NCBI GenBank assembly: GCA_035084275.1
Contig: CM068748.1
Location: 5,704,001 to 5,768,000, forward strand
From: Hydrolagus colliei
Taxonomy: Eukaryota
Direction: 5' to 3'
DNA: 64,000 bases
Shown here piece after piece: positions 37,241 to 51,261 of the stretch. The stretch's first letter is position 1, and each line of letters begins with the position of its first letter. A program made the translations under genes and the position numbers. The notes under the pieces are model-generated. The model saw only the letters and a program-made list of their open reading frames with translations. It made no database searches and was not told the DNA's origin.

Positions 37241-39620
37241 AGACTATTCAAAAATAAATGGGTGTTTTCTCCCAATGTCCTTGCCAACATTCCTAAAAAT
37301 GAATTGGTCTTGCTTGCTTGCATAAATGTCTATAGTATTCTCTTACTAAACAGTCAAGATACTTCACAGCAATTACCTGTGAAACACTTGGAAAACAACA
37401 TATCAATGTCATAAAACAAGATCTTTCTTTACAATAAGTAGCATGAGTTCCAAATTCTGGTACCTATGAGAACCAAGCGAGTGTTAATTTAAAACTAAGA
37501 GCTTTCAAATGAGGGTGGGTTGTGCTTTGGAATAGGTCATAAACATGCTAACAGACCCCAAAGGTTAAATTAATATTAGCACTGGCTTTCATATCTTTAT
37601 TTTACATTGACTTAACACGAATGGCATAATATTTTTAATTCAGTGTAGAATTGGTGTTATTTATGACCATTTCCAAAATGCTGATCACATTTTTTCTCTT
37701 CTTCCAAACATCATTTAACGTTTGCATCTGCAAAACCTCCAGTGAATGCTGCCAATGAGTGTGATAAATGCAAGTAGTATCACCTCTTGATCTGGCTCAC
37801 TGCAGATTTGGGCTTTGAATCCTGAAGAGTAATAGTTGCACTTTCACTGACTGTAGTGTGTTAAAGAATTCAGCGATTCAAGAAATAGTAGGAAACTTTG
37901 CAAATTCCTGTCATACGACCACAGGGAACTTTGTGTGGCTTGCATTCTTAATAGGAATATTTACTAATTCATAGATTATTTTATAATGTAAATGTGACAT
38001 TAATTTTTTTTTAAAAAGATTGTTGTTTATTTTCTGTCCTAAATATAATTTTTAGCTTCATCCCATTGAGGGAAACCTATGATGCAGTATCCCACTATAT
38101 CTGCATTCAATGACTCATTCATAATTCTTTAAATAAAAGATCTGATGAATGAGTGACTTTTCCAGACCTCAAAGGCACTCTGATGCCATCTTCAGTGATC
38201 TGTATGATCTGTAATGGCAAAGGTTTATAGGAGCCTATATCTGTAATATGAATGAACTCCAGCAGTATATTACTCCATTCATACCTTAGTTTGCTATTGA
38301 AAATTGGAGGTATTTAAGGTCAAAGTCAGTAGTGATTCATGACTAGTCACACATGTCATTTGTGTCATGAAGCCCACTTGTACATCAAACAGACAGAAAT
38401 GAGATTCTGTTCATTTTCCTATCAAGTAAATTCGAGGTGAAATCATGTTTGAATCGAAGGGCAAGTTATAAATGAGAATGTAAATTGGTTCGTTTTCAGC
38501 TAAATTTAAGCTGGACTTTTATTGCAAATTTGAAATCTAACCATAAAATAGGTGACACTGTGAATTGGATGAAGCTCTCCATGTTTGAGGCCATGGTGAG
38601 ACTGTTTGAGCGAGGCAATTTGGGTGTTTCCTGCTTCTGAATGAAAATGTGGGAAGAGGTGGTCATCTTTGCAGGTGCTTCAGGTGACTAGTTTCACATA
38701 GATAATTAATGTGTACAAGTAGCTGCTAATTTTGCATTTCAGGAATGATTTATGAGGTGGCATGGGATAGAGGGACATAATCTAATTTAGATCAGAACCT
38801 CTGCCACCCATACAATGATATCAACACAGCTGTGAGATGAGAGATGATTAATGGGCAGCCAAGTAAACATGCTGTAGTCATAAAAGGTGTTATTTTGATG
38901 ACATACTTGTCAGAACAGGAAATGGTACTTACAAAGAGTGATGGTCAGTAGCAAAAGAGATTATTTGAAGAATTTTGTAGGTGAATAAGTCCCTGTGCTA
39001 AAAACAAATATTGATGCAAAGAAATGCTACAAACAATTTGAATGCTCATTTGTTCCCAGACCAGGCAGTGCTCCTAAGATACCACCTCCCCCCCACCACC
39101 CACACATATAATGCACACATGCATGCACACATATAAATAGTTCTGTTTCTCCCTGAGTTTAAGGTAAGAACAGTCCTTTTCACTGGTTACTTCATGCACT
39201 GAGAGACATCAATTATAAAAGTTATACATATTCAATAGAAGGCCTGGTTTTAGTTGTGGCACCGAAGGGTTTAAGCAAAGCGCCACCATAATGGAGACAC
39301 TGAAATGAGGTAGTGCTTGCTTAGTCACTGCACACTTCACTTTCCTGACATTGCTCCTTCTAGACATTTAGGAGATGATTCTGTTAGAATATTCAATAAA
39401 ATTATTCATTTGAAAATCTAGCACATTCAGAAATTATCATAAAACTTGTGAAAAAATTTTCGAGCTACAGTTACTCAAGCATTTACTTTTACCTTTGCAG
39501 ATTTTGTTAAGTTAAATCAGGACAAACTACCCATTAAAATGTTGATAAATAAATCAATGAAATGCCATAACAGTGCGCAATCATTTTTTGTATTATGATT
39601 GACTTTAATTTCTTTTTCAG

Positions 39621-39694
39621 CTTTTAGAATTTGACAGGGAGATTTCCGTATTTAAAGACAAGCTGAGTGAACAAGAAATATCATTTCCACCCAG
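39621..39694 (+). CDS. INPP5A: INPP5A coding exon (74 nt), LLEFDREISVFKDKLSEQEISFPP(S)
   Basis: tttttcag| and |gtatga; ends in phase 2, matching the next exon; similar to human LLEFDKELSVFKDRLYELDISFPPS. Confidence 0.95.
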
Positions 39695-40939
39695 GTATGA
39701 CATCTCTAAGGATTCATTGTTCCTCTGAATGCAATTATTTGAAAGTGAGTTGTATTTGAAAGTGAGAAGGACTATGGTTTTCAACAGGCTATGTAAATGC
39801 CATGTGAACATGAGGCGACAAAAATGCATTCAACCTGTACCTCAAATTACAATTAACCTGTAATTCAAAATAAATTTTAAATGTTAATCCTATTGAGGAT
39901 TTCAGATGATATTAATTGAAGCAAGCTTTGCTTTCATAGTTTATTGAATCGCTTTATTGGAATGTCCCTGGATGACATTCACCAGGATATTAAACACAGG
40001 TAAAAACTAAAACTCTTGTTAACTGTCTCCTTTATAAAGGAATTTACAATTAAAACCAAAGGCATTAAAATGTGCAATCTGCAGCACATAAAGATGAGGA
40101 TTAGCTGTATCCCAATGTCCAAACAGTCCAGTGCAGGCATTTCCAGGATTTGCCCACAGTTGCAGTCAATCTGAAATGTGGCCATACCTCACTAAAGTAT
40201 ATATACATATATTTCCATTGATCACTTTATAATACAACTTAATTATTTTGCTTGTTTTTGCAATAAACTGATCAAGTAATGGGTTTTGCAGTATCATTTA
40301 CGAAGCTATTCAATATGAGGTTCAAGGATATTTTTCTTATGCTGGGATATAAATAACTGAGATCCCAGCATGACATGCTCATATGCTGTTTTCTATTAAA
40401 GTTTGTGGTAAACACCATCTGACTATGTTATCTTTAGATTTTCAAAGGTTACATTAGTGTGCCTCTTAAATACATGAAGTAAAAGCGTTTGCAATCTATT
40501 TTCTTTTAAACCTGGAAGCAATGTAAGGTTTTGCTCAGATTCACTGAGTGGATGCTCAACATTGAACTCGAAACAAGTAGATTCTATTTTTAACTGATGA
40601 AGTTTTGGAGAGCCTCAGTCTAGTCAAATGGAACAAAACATAGATGAAAGTTGCTGTTATGTGTTTTGCCCCCTTGCAAACCACTACAGTTGTTGTGCTA
40701 AGAGAAACCCAGGAGTAACCCTTCCAGTTTCCCATCTCCCTATGTTTGAACTGTTCAACTTTTTCTCTGTCACTCTTGATGAACTGTACACACGCTGTGA
40801 GGGGGTCAAAGCTGTATCCCACCACTGGGATGGTGGACCCTTATTGGTGATGTAATACAGCTCGGTACAAATCAGTGGTGTGTTCTTAAGCTCCTTTATT
40901 TGTAAATCCAAACTCTCAGAAATCCTCACTCCAAACCAC

Positions 40940-41060
40940 TCACATTGTCCCACAAAATGCAGTCAATTCACTTTACAGTATATCCTGTGAAGCACTTTGT
41001 GAGATGTGTCTAAGACATGATAAGGGCTATATGAAATACAAGGATTATTATTATTTATTA
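40940..41060 (+). mobile_element. SINE 3' fragment
   Basis: cagtcaattcactttacagtatatcctgtgaagc...atgaaatacaaggattattatt. Confidence 0.75.
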
Positions 41061-41974
41061 CTCTCCGTATCCTTTTGTACTTTGAGTCTTTCTTCTTATT
41101 GGGCCTTTGGTTAATTGTCCATTACTATAAAGGGAAGGAGCTCTGGAATTGTAACTATAGGGTTCTAGTTTGATACGACAAATCCCATTTCATGATCAGA
41201 GTGGAGTTAGTCCCATCAAACAAGATTGACTTTGAACTTGTAACCCCGAACCAACATATCTTGTTTGAACGCAAAGCATCATCCTGTCTCACTCCTATAG
41301 TCATGGTAAGTGAGTCCAAGTTCAATAGAATTTTAACACTTGTGAAATTACGTGGCTTTCTGTTAATTATAAAGATTTTGTTCCCCTCCTCATTACAATT
41401 GGCGTCAGACTGAAATCCTCCAAAATTGCCGATATGCAACTCATTGGTATTACACACCCATAGATTCATTAACTAATTAAATTACACCAGGAATCTTATT
41501 CTGGAAGCAGAGACTCCTTATGCGCAATATTGATTGATTCCGGTTATTTTTGATTGACAGTCAGTTGTATGAACTGATCGCAATCCTTTTCTCTTTCATT
41601 TTTACATTCCAAACTATAGTTGAGCGAACCTCAACCTTAACACATCAGGGTTGAAATGGAGAAAGTTACATTATCATGTCTTGTGTTTAGATTTAAAGAA
41701 TGCAATACAAGCTGTAAATTCATATTGCTTACGCTCAAGAAGTCATCCATCAGGTCAGGTGTGACAAGTCTGAACACTACACATACTTGTGCTGAATTTG
41801 GCTTTCCCATGTTAGTGGTCGTTCTGGAGCCAGAGAGGCATAACATGAAAATGATGGAGTGGTATGCTCTTGACTGGACATTTTCAAGCAACTTATGATG
41901 GCAAACTCATGTTAGAAAAAATGTGAATGAATTTCATAGAATCATAGTTCGCTGCAAACAGTTACACCTCCTTT

Positions 41975-42270
41975 TAATACAAGGTTACAAAGTAAATTCC
42001 AAACAGGGATTCACTCCATGTAGACCTTCCAATCCAATTTCCCACAATATTCCGTTGATGTGTTTATTTCTAAATCTATAACAACATTGAATCATTTTAG
42101 TTAACAAGCACTTGTCTAATTCTTTTTGAAACTCTTTGTAGTTTCTTGTTTCAATATCTGTGATAGTAAATTTTTCCCCCCATATTCGCATCATCCATCA
42201 CAAAACACTTTTCTCTTGCAGTTCCTACCTTTATTTTGTTCTCTTTATTTTGATAGTTTACCCTTGTGTT
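41975..42270 (-). mobile_element. Degenerate CR1 3' fragment
   Basis: The antisense ORF contains FQKELDKCL, similar to the CR1 ORF2 terminus FKxxLDxxL. Confidence 0.4.
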
Positions 42271-45200
42271 GATATTATCCTTCATAAAATTAAAGTCAAG
42301 CAGCATCTGAAGAATAACTGAAATTGCCCCAACATTGAGATTTGTTTGTAAAAATGTCAGGCTCTATAGGATGTGTTGGACCAGAATTTAACCAGAATTT
42401 AACAAGAACTGAGTCTAGTCATTGGTTTTCACACTGAAAGCCAATCAAAATATTTACCTGACACAAAATTAACTCTTTTTGGACTAATTATTATCTGGAC
42501 TAATCATTCTTTTGCCCTCGAAAAGAGCTCAAATTTTTTTTTCAAGCATGTTAAACTCATGTTGTGTGTTTGTGGTATATCTACTGTTTTGTGAGTGGAG
42601 GTGGTGAGGCAGGAGGAAAATGTTAAGGACAGGCACTAAATGTTAGCTAATGAAGTATTTGTCTTCCACAGTTCATAAAAGTAAATGATAATTTGTTAAG
42701 AGCCCTAGTTATATTATTTATGAAGCCATTAGGCATTGATTAAGTTTGAGATTGCTAAAGTGTACAGCAGAAGAATACACTGTAGTTGAGGCTATAGTGA
42801 TTAAATGAATGGCTCCTTTCCCACATCGAAGTGTTTGCCAAGTCTAGACAGCATCGATGGGAGAAGGGAATGATATACAGTTGTCTCTTCACCGTTTGCT
42901 GTTTAATAGTAGACCGAGACTAGGCTGAAGCCTGCCTCGGCAAGTTAGCATTCCTCCTAGATACTGCAGGTCTAGAAAGGCAGGTCAAAAAGTACTTGTC
43001 TTGAAATGTTTGAGAAGAAGTAACGCTTGTGAGATGAGATATGGTGGCAACAGACTGAATAGAAAGGATACACTGCTTAAAAAATATTGTTTAAAAAAAG
43101 GGATTCTGTCATGAGGTTACATTTAATAATGAGCTTTTTTTAAAAAAAAATTAGAAAAAGTTGGGATCAAGATATCACATTGTATTTTCAATCATAGAAA
43201 TTAGACGCAATAAATCAATTGGATTAATTATACCTGTCTTAGGTCCTGGCCTGGAACTGCACAATAATCATTATCACTGGTTAGAAACAACCACAAAATG
43301 GGAATATTCAATTCTTTGAGTGTGCCAAATTCACCTTCAATAAAAATTCCTCTTTTGTATAAAAAATTTGACTCTTTCAAGGACTTAGAAAATAAATATT
43401 TTGAGAGAACTCAGCATGGAGTGATTTGTATTCTTGTGACAGCTTTGGTTTGGGTACATTTCTGCATTACATGAATCATAAATCACACAGTACAATTCTA
43501 TGTACAATCAATTGCGTTGTAGTAATTTGTAAAATGTCATTATGCAAATTGTTTTACAATTAGACTGTTGTTTTTCATTACATTGGAAATAACTTATAGC
43601 CTATCAGAATATTGATTTGATGCTGGAAAATATTTGAAATTCTATACTGTATGTGCTTTAAGGATGGGTACTGATATATTAACATAAATTACATCTGAAG
43701 AATTATAACCCTTGCATTTCATATAGCACCTATATCATCACCTGTAACATCAGTATCAAAGTGCTTCACAAAGTTTCTATGAATTGTTAGTGAATGTGTA
43801 TTTTTTAGGTGCAGCAGTACAATACAAAGTCATTCGCTTAGCCAGGCACTTGCTATGAATCCTTTCAATTGGCATCACATCATACCAGCCTTTAGAATAA
43901 ACATTAAACTGAGGTATTCTCTGCCTATTTCCCTAGTGTTCCCCTGATAAAATTGGTCATTCACTTCATGGCTGTTTAATAGATATTGCTGTGTGCAAAT
44001 TGGGAACAATTGATAAATTTGCACACAAATACACAGTTGCTACACTTAATAGTTTAAAACAAATCCTGTGAAGCATTTTAAGATGGTTTGATTAAGTGTT
44101 ATATGAAATGCAAGGGAAATTTAGTCATGAGGTACAAATCTGTCGCGTTAAAAATTTGTCACATTACATAGTCTGGGCAGTCCTATCCACTGTATCATCA
44201 GTGAAGCTAGTAATTTTGAATATGTACTCAATCAGTAAACACAGAGCATATATACTCAATCAGTAAACACAGAGCAGTGCTAAATGAAGACTTCATAAAG
44301 TACAGCAAATGTATAAGTAATTTCCTTGTTGCTTCACGAACCGATTCATTATTTGTAATATTGACTCTGGAAGGTTGGAATGTGGCATTGTTTAAAGCTG
44401 AATCCCCTTCTCCCCCCCATCACTGCGCACACCCCATTGCAAAAGTTTGCATTCTGAAAAACGTTTCCGAATACTACTCGGGAGATATGAATCAGCGTGC
44501 TGCAGTGTCCTGCTCGTGTTTATCACTGTACTGGGGTTGCCGTGCAATATGCTGAGATATGTAAGATGTTCGTATCTACCAAGACATTCACAGGGTCCTT
44601 AACATTGCGGCCAGTTGAGTTCCTGTGGCTTTTTGTTTCCAGTGTCACATTTTATTTGTCCTTAGCAAATGGCTGCAAATGTGTTGAGGCAAAGTCAGGG
44701 AATATCACTGAAAGCTCCGAATGGTAAAGAGAGTATTTATTTTACACCTCCTCTGGCAAATAGAAATTAGTGTCACCTTTTAAGAGTTAACTTTTACAAT
44801 TCAGCTTTTTCATGCTATTTAGTGGCGGTATTCTCCACAGTCTTACAATAAAGAACACCTATCAGTTTAAATTACACTCTACACGGGGATTTTAGATGGC
44901 GAATGCATTGTTGGGAACCATTCTACATGATCTGATCTGCTCTGCAGCCTACGACTCAAGTAATATTTGCACTTCTTGTCTTTTGCTACTGCAACCCCCA
45001 TGAATTGCCTGATTGACCTCCTTTTCTTCTTAGACCTTTGACCTCATTGTTAGTTTGGTCACCATGGTGTTATTGTAACATTTGCAAGTAGCATCTGTTT
45101 AACACATTGTACTTCAACTGTAATGTTTGCCATCTTGATTTTTTTAAAAAGTTGCAAAACATCTCTGCTTAATTCAGGAAAAAGCTAGCAAAGGATCCGT

Positions 45201-46016
45201 GAGATCTCAGGCATTTTTGTTGCCAAATTTTATTCGAATGGTAATGCTTAAAGAGAAGGACTATTCTAACAACGATCGGTGACCTATTAACGAGCCAGAA
45301 ACCTTTCAAAAATGTAACATTTCAATTTGTAATAAAATCCAACAGCTTTTAGGCAAGAGTGATCAGATATAAAATGAGCTGAATCTAGTTCTGGAGCCTC
45401 ATAAATTGTTTCACGTAATTAATAACTGCTTATACTGTAGTTCATGTACATACCCTATCTTTATGTGTGTGTATTTATATATACTTGAAGCTAGAAAGCC
45501 AGAAAAATTACTGAGGCAAGTACTGTACTTTCTTTCAAGATTAGATGATATTTCAAGATTAGATGATATTTAGCTAAATTTTGGTCAACAACAACAATAA
45601 TAAAATTACATTTATAGAGTGCCTTTCACATCAAGAGGACATCCTAACTAACTGGTAGGTGCAAGTAACTATGTTAGCTAATTGCAAATTCCACTTTAGT
45701 TAACTGAGTCACTTTAATTGGCAAATTAGATCCTTTTTAACAACGTCACGTGGCAAGCACCAATGGACTGCCCAAGTTTGGTGATGTGTACTTATTATAG
45801 CTAAGGAGGGGTTTACTCTCCATTAAATTTAAGTATTCCTTTGACATACACAACAGGAAATAGTATCCTGTCCCCCAAAAGCTATAAGGCTGATGGTTTT
45901 CAAACATATTTCTAGAAAAGACTTAGTACAAATGTTGGTATACAGTTTCCCCTTTCTATTGCCACTCCCTATTGAATAAAATGACCATTTATTGAATCTA
46001 ATTACTTTTTTTTCAG

Positions 46017-46128
46017 TTACCCATACAGTGAGGACTCTAGTCAGGGAAAGCAGTATATGAACACAAGGTGTCCTTCTTGGTGCGATCGCATCCTTTTGTC
46101 ATACTCTGCAAAGGATCTTATTCACAAG
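46017..46128 (+). CDS. INPP5A: INPP5A coding exon (112 nt), (S)YPYSEDSSQGKQYMNTRCPSWCDRILLSYSAKDLIHK
   Basis: Contains the second 5-phosphatase signature P(S/A)WCDRIL; tttcag| and |gtgagt; phases are consistent. Confidence 0.96.
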
Positions 46129-47758
46129 GTGAGTGTGTAACCTCAATTTATTTATTCCATGCTGTATAAATAAAGTTATCATTTGATGACATTTCATGTC
46201 TTCTCAAAGCTCTTCACAGGAATGTTGCAAAGTATTACAATTAGAAATTTGTAGGTGAATGCGATGCATGTAGGTTTGTTTACGACAGTGGAGTTTTAAT
46301 CACTGAATTGTTCTGCAAGATAAAATGGCATGATTTCAGAAATCCATCTAATCCTGCACTTAACCTGCAGGACTTGATCATCATCATTCACAATTCAGCA
46401 ATTTTGGTCATATTTGGTCAAAATGAAAACTAAACAAATTACAGATACAAAAAAAATTGGATGAGGAAAAGATTGTGTCTCATTGCAAGCAAAGAAATCT
46501 TTGCCACCGGGAGAAGAGACAAAGATGTATTATTCGTTGAAGTTGGATTTAATCCATTTTTAGACTCTCGATTATACTCTGGCTCCAATTACATGTGGGA
46601 TTATGTGTATAGCACATAATCGAGGCTCCACTGTACCTTTGCCAACTCTGCACAGCAACAAAACAAATGGAGGAAAATCATTTGGTGAGATGTATGGACA
46701 AAGGACTAAGTTGTCCCAATACATCATCATTTTCAATGTATGCTGCCACTTGAGGTATGGAGTTTTTACTTCAATGAATATAAAAGCTTGTACCACTGAT
46801 ATTGGAAAAAAGACAAATAATTAACACGGGAAACTACGGCCTCATGAGTTTTACATCTGTTGTAGGGAATCTATTGGTGCATCCAAAATGATGAAACACC
46901 TGGAGAAATGTATAATTTCGGGAGGCATTCATCACAGTTTACGGAGAGGGAAATGATGCATTACACATAATTTGATTAATTTTGATTGAAAAAAAACAAA
47001 TGAAGGGTATGAACAATAGTCATTTTTATTATTTACACTGGGACTGGCTACATGAATCAAGATGATCTTTCCCAAGCCTTTAACTACTATGTTTCTGCCC
47101 TAAGACCTCTCTCGGCTTTGTCCGAAGTATGAGGGGACATGTGGCCTTCGAATTCAACTTCAATACTGTTTATTAAAACTTTCAATATTGATTTGTATTA
47201 GACATCCATTCACAAAAAGGTCAGGGGTCATGTGCACTTGGACGCTAATGTACTGCACCATGGATCATGTCAATGTTCTCCCCAATGATTCCCTGCAGAG
47301 TGAGTTTAAAATTTGAGCTCAGCGCTCCTGGGGATGGAATGAGGAAAATGACCTATTCTTATTCACAGACTGCAACCGTTTCCTTCCTCTTTGTTGGTGG
47401 TTTTCTCATGAATATATAAGCATGAAAAACTAAGCAGATTGATCACAACAGGAATTATCTATAGATCAAATCAGTCTGTACTAGTAGTACTGTATATGGA
47501 TCTTTTTTAAAAAATAGGACCAATTGTTTTAATCCCAGTTCTAATTAAATTCTAACACTTGTTGTCTTTTAGGACTTTTAGGATGATTTTATTTGGCTTG
47601 ATTCAAAACAGTTGTCAACAGAAAATAAATCATGATGTGTTCTTATCCACATAAAAGGAATCCATCTTGCTGGGTTTATTATAAGATATTTAAGTAGTCC
47701 TCCGATTGTGCTAAAGATCACATCATTTACACTGTAGGCATAATCTACTGCATGATAA

Positions 47759-47825
47759 CAACAACAACAACAACAACAACAACTTGCATTTATGTGGCGG
47801 CCATCAAGCAGAGTTGCGTCCCAGA
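47759..47825 (-). repeat. (CAA)n tail with a short retroelement 3' end
   Basis: (CAA)n followed by cttgcatttatgtggcg, an antisense LINE/SINE terminus; a similar tail lies at about 45588-45645. Confidence 0.55.
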
Positions 47826-49216
47826 AACAAATTTGGACATGGACCAATATTTCTAGAATTACATATTACAATTTTATTTTCTGATGATACACCCTCTTCG
47901 CTGTGTCCTTGATGCCCAGCAATATGGAAAGCATGTCACTGGTCTGTACACGTTTTAGTCTACCAATGGCCAGAAGGTAATGGCAACCAATAGCATAGTG
48001 GGAAGCAGGGTTTCCCTTTCTGTCTCTAGCACTCTTAGCAACAGAAGCAGAAACAAATGTCACCATTGCACACAATAGTCAGTATATCTGGAGACAGCAT
48101 CCTTGCCTCGTTTACATTTTAATGCCCCCACTAAAAGCAGTGTGTGCAATACAAACGTGCTAAACCTGATCCAATCCTCTCTCTCTCTCTCTCTCTCTTA
48201 CCCCTTCAGAATTTCCATATCCTCACTTCCGTCATCAGTCAATCTCAATCATAATTGTTTGTCACGGTTCCGCTTTTACCAAAACAGCACCATCTATCTG
48301 TCACACAGTCGGGTCACCAAAGCGTACATGAATCAGTGCCTCTATTGCCAAGTAACATAAGCAGCTATTCCATACACAACTGAAACATTAGAATTTTACA
48401 ATAAATCTAATAAGAATGGCTACAGCCTATGCCAGTTCGTTACCTTTAGGTAAATCTTCAGAGTAATTCTATATTTCCCATTGAAGATGTATAAAGAGGC
48501 ATCAATAACATTGTTGTGCTTCCTCTCTTGTTTTTTTCAAAAAAATATTGACATTGACGTTGTGCTGCCGACTTTCCTTCACTCAGCAAAAAGAACCTTT
48601 CTAACCTGTCATGAGCCTTCATCACTCCAGAATAGCACTAGCGCATTGTCATGGATTCAGTGACGCACTGACATCCATTCAGTGCCCCCTCAGTTTTTTT
48701 TTCTGGGAACATTAAATGGACAAGAATACTTAATGCCAGACTGAATTCTCAATTAACTCATTGAGTTATGGTTTATGTCAAGGTTTTAAAAAAACAAACT
48801 TCTTTTGTTGACTGTAAAATAGCACGGGGCAGATTTCGAATGTTGAATGCTGAGAAGTACAATTGAACTCAGTCCATGCATTTTTATCAGTCTTTAAAGT
48901 GGAATCTTTCAACCTTGTAATATATTTGGATTTGGTAAAGTGCTAGTGTACTCTGAAGAATTTGCACCAATTTGTCTTCCAAACCGTATTAGCGTTTGAA
49001 AGTTTGGATTGTCTGAATTGTATTTCATTGTGTTCAAACAAGCAATGCATTGAGAAATGATGTAGATGTCAGGCTGATAATTTAATTTCCATAAAAATGA
49101 CAAATGTGAGCCCACCACTAATCTGCTTTTGTATAGCTCAGCTAATTTATTTCTACTTTTCTCTTTTTTTTAGCTGGTAGAACTTTGTTGCCTTTAACTT
49201 GTTCTGTCTTTTCCTT

Positions 49217-49340
49217 ATAATAAGATAACCCTTGCATTTGATATAGTGTCTTATCACATCTTCTAGATGTCTCAAAGCGCTTCACAGGATATACTATAAA
49301 GTGAATTGACTGTATCTTTTGTGGGAGAAATATGCAGTCA
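49217..49340 (-). mobile_element. SINE 3' fragment
   Basis: cttgcatttgatatagtgtcttatcacatcttctagatgtctcaaagcgcttcacagg...; similar degenerate tails at about 43700-43800, 43950-44115, 46175-46260 and 50866-51010. Confidence 0.75.
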
Positions 49341-50652
49341 AACTTATCAGTGTTGAATTGGTCCTGCAGTCATCTCTTACTGCCCTGACCTTGCATAGTG
49401 CACCTTCCTGGTAAAAAAAACAAGGCAGGGAAAAGACAAACCATAAAACACCCTTTGAATTGTAATTCGGTTTTATTATTTTTTCACATTAATTTTTATT
49501 GCCTGTGGTGATTGCCTGGCTACTTAACACGAGCTAGATAGAGAGCTCACTGCAATTCAATGTGTGCGCTGGGATAGGTAGATAGAGGCCTAGCTAATGT
49601 GTGAATCGTTTCACATTAGCAAACGGCATGTTGAACACAATGCACCAGCCGTTACAGATTGTACAGACATGGAGCTGTAAACAGCCACTATGCAACATCA
49701 TCTATCATGCCATGGTCCGTTACCTCACCATCATGTTATTTTATGCTTCCTGAGCCCTAACATACCAAAGGTTGGTCACTGTTATGGAGCTGCATATCTG
49801 CTTGATAGCATGTGATAATGAATGCTCAGCGAAGTGTAGTTTTGTTTCTGCTTGTGTGCTACTGTAATTTGTTTATCTGTCTCAAGATTATGTATCTGAA
49901 AATCTACAATTTTATGCTGCTTTTGAAAATTATCATTTTGAATTTGATGAATGCACTTGAACTTCCGGGTATGACTGCATGATGATCTTGGAATATTGGA
50001 GAGTGTCCATGCATAAATATAAAAGGTTACATTTTTGATTGTAGGCAACAGTGCTTTAAAATAATGTGTCTGACCTTAAAGCAGCTCATTGCATTGAAAG
50101 ATAATTAGAAGGTTGTTGATTTCTGGTGTTTTATGGGTGCCTTTGCGTAATTTTCTAAAGTGTCCCATTAACTGTACATCACAAGCATGAAATAGAGTGT
50201 TTTTGACAAATGTTTTTTACAACGTTGGATTATTTTAAGGCAGTTTCTCCAGTTGAATTCTCTCCTCCATACCTTGTACTGTTTATCTCGATATTTTCTG
50301 TGTTTCCCAGTGGGGTGAGTCAAGAGAAGGAAACGCTCCCCTGTAATTGCAGCTAGACATTGTTGCTGTGTGCTCAGCTTGGTGTTGGCACAGAATTGGA
50401 TGAAATGTCAATTATTTTTTTAAATAGAGTCAAATCAAAGTTGATTATCAAACGTTATTGTTGGTTCAGAATTTTGCAAAATTTAAATGAGTGCAAAAAC
50501 AATTCTTCTTAAGGTGAATGTGATAAAGACAAGTATTGTAAAAAAAAGGGGGGGTGGGCAGCTGGATCTGATCTGAAGGCTGTGGGTTATAGACCATGAG
50601 AACAAACAATAAATCACAGCTGCACAATGGACCTGGATCCAAATTTGAACAT

Positions 50653-50830
50653 CTAGAATAGAATCATACAATGTTTACAGCACAGAAGGGGGCCATTCAG
50701 CCCTTTGTGTCTGTGCTGGTGTTATCTGCCTATTAAAGCTATGTCAATTCCCTGCTCTTTGTCCACATCCTTCAATACTATTTTTTCTGCAGTATTTATC
50801 CAATTCCCTTTTGAATTATGTTGTGGACTC
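50653..50830 (-). mobile_element. CR1 3' end
   Basis: tagaatcatacaatgtttacagcacagaagggggccattcagccc...tatccaattccc is an antisense CR1 terminus; a further piece lies at about 52090-52200. Confidence 0.6.
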
Positions 50831-51261
50831 AGCTTTGACATAAATTTGGGGGTGAAGTATTAATAGTCATAATAACACTCGTTGCATTTGATATAACACC
50901 TTATTACACACTTCACAGGATATACCGTAAAGTGAGTTGACTATGTATTTTGAGGGTGAAGTGTGGTGCACCACAATGTCCTAAAAATAAGCCATGGAGT
51001 GAGCGACCAATTTCCATTTCCAAGTGTCTGGTTATTTGAAGCCTCTGACATCACCCATTTGACTACAATCAATCCATTCAGAACACGATACCTATGCTCA
51101 GGAACAAAGGTATCAGAAATTCAAATGATACTAGATCAATGGATGCACTAATAAAGTAAACTGAGAAATTGTGCATGTTATTCAATGCATTAAATTCAAG
51201 TTTCACATGTTTAAGAAGGACAAATGTACATCATCAGTTGTAAGGCCCCATTCCCAAACTA

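Noticed and set aside
41660-41720. Plus-strand LDLKNA, resembling a reverse transcriptase motif
   Set aside because: An isolated hexapeptide flanked by stops, on the opposite strand to the other Gypsy-like hints.
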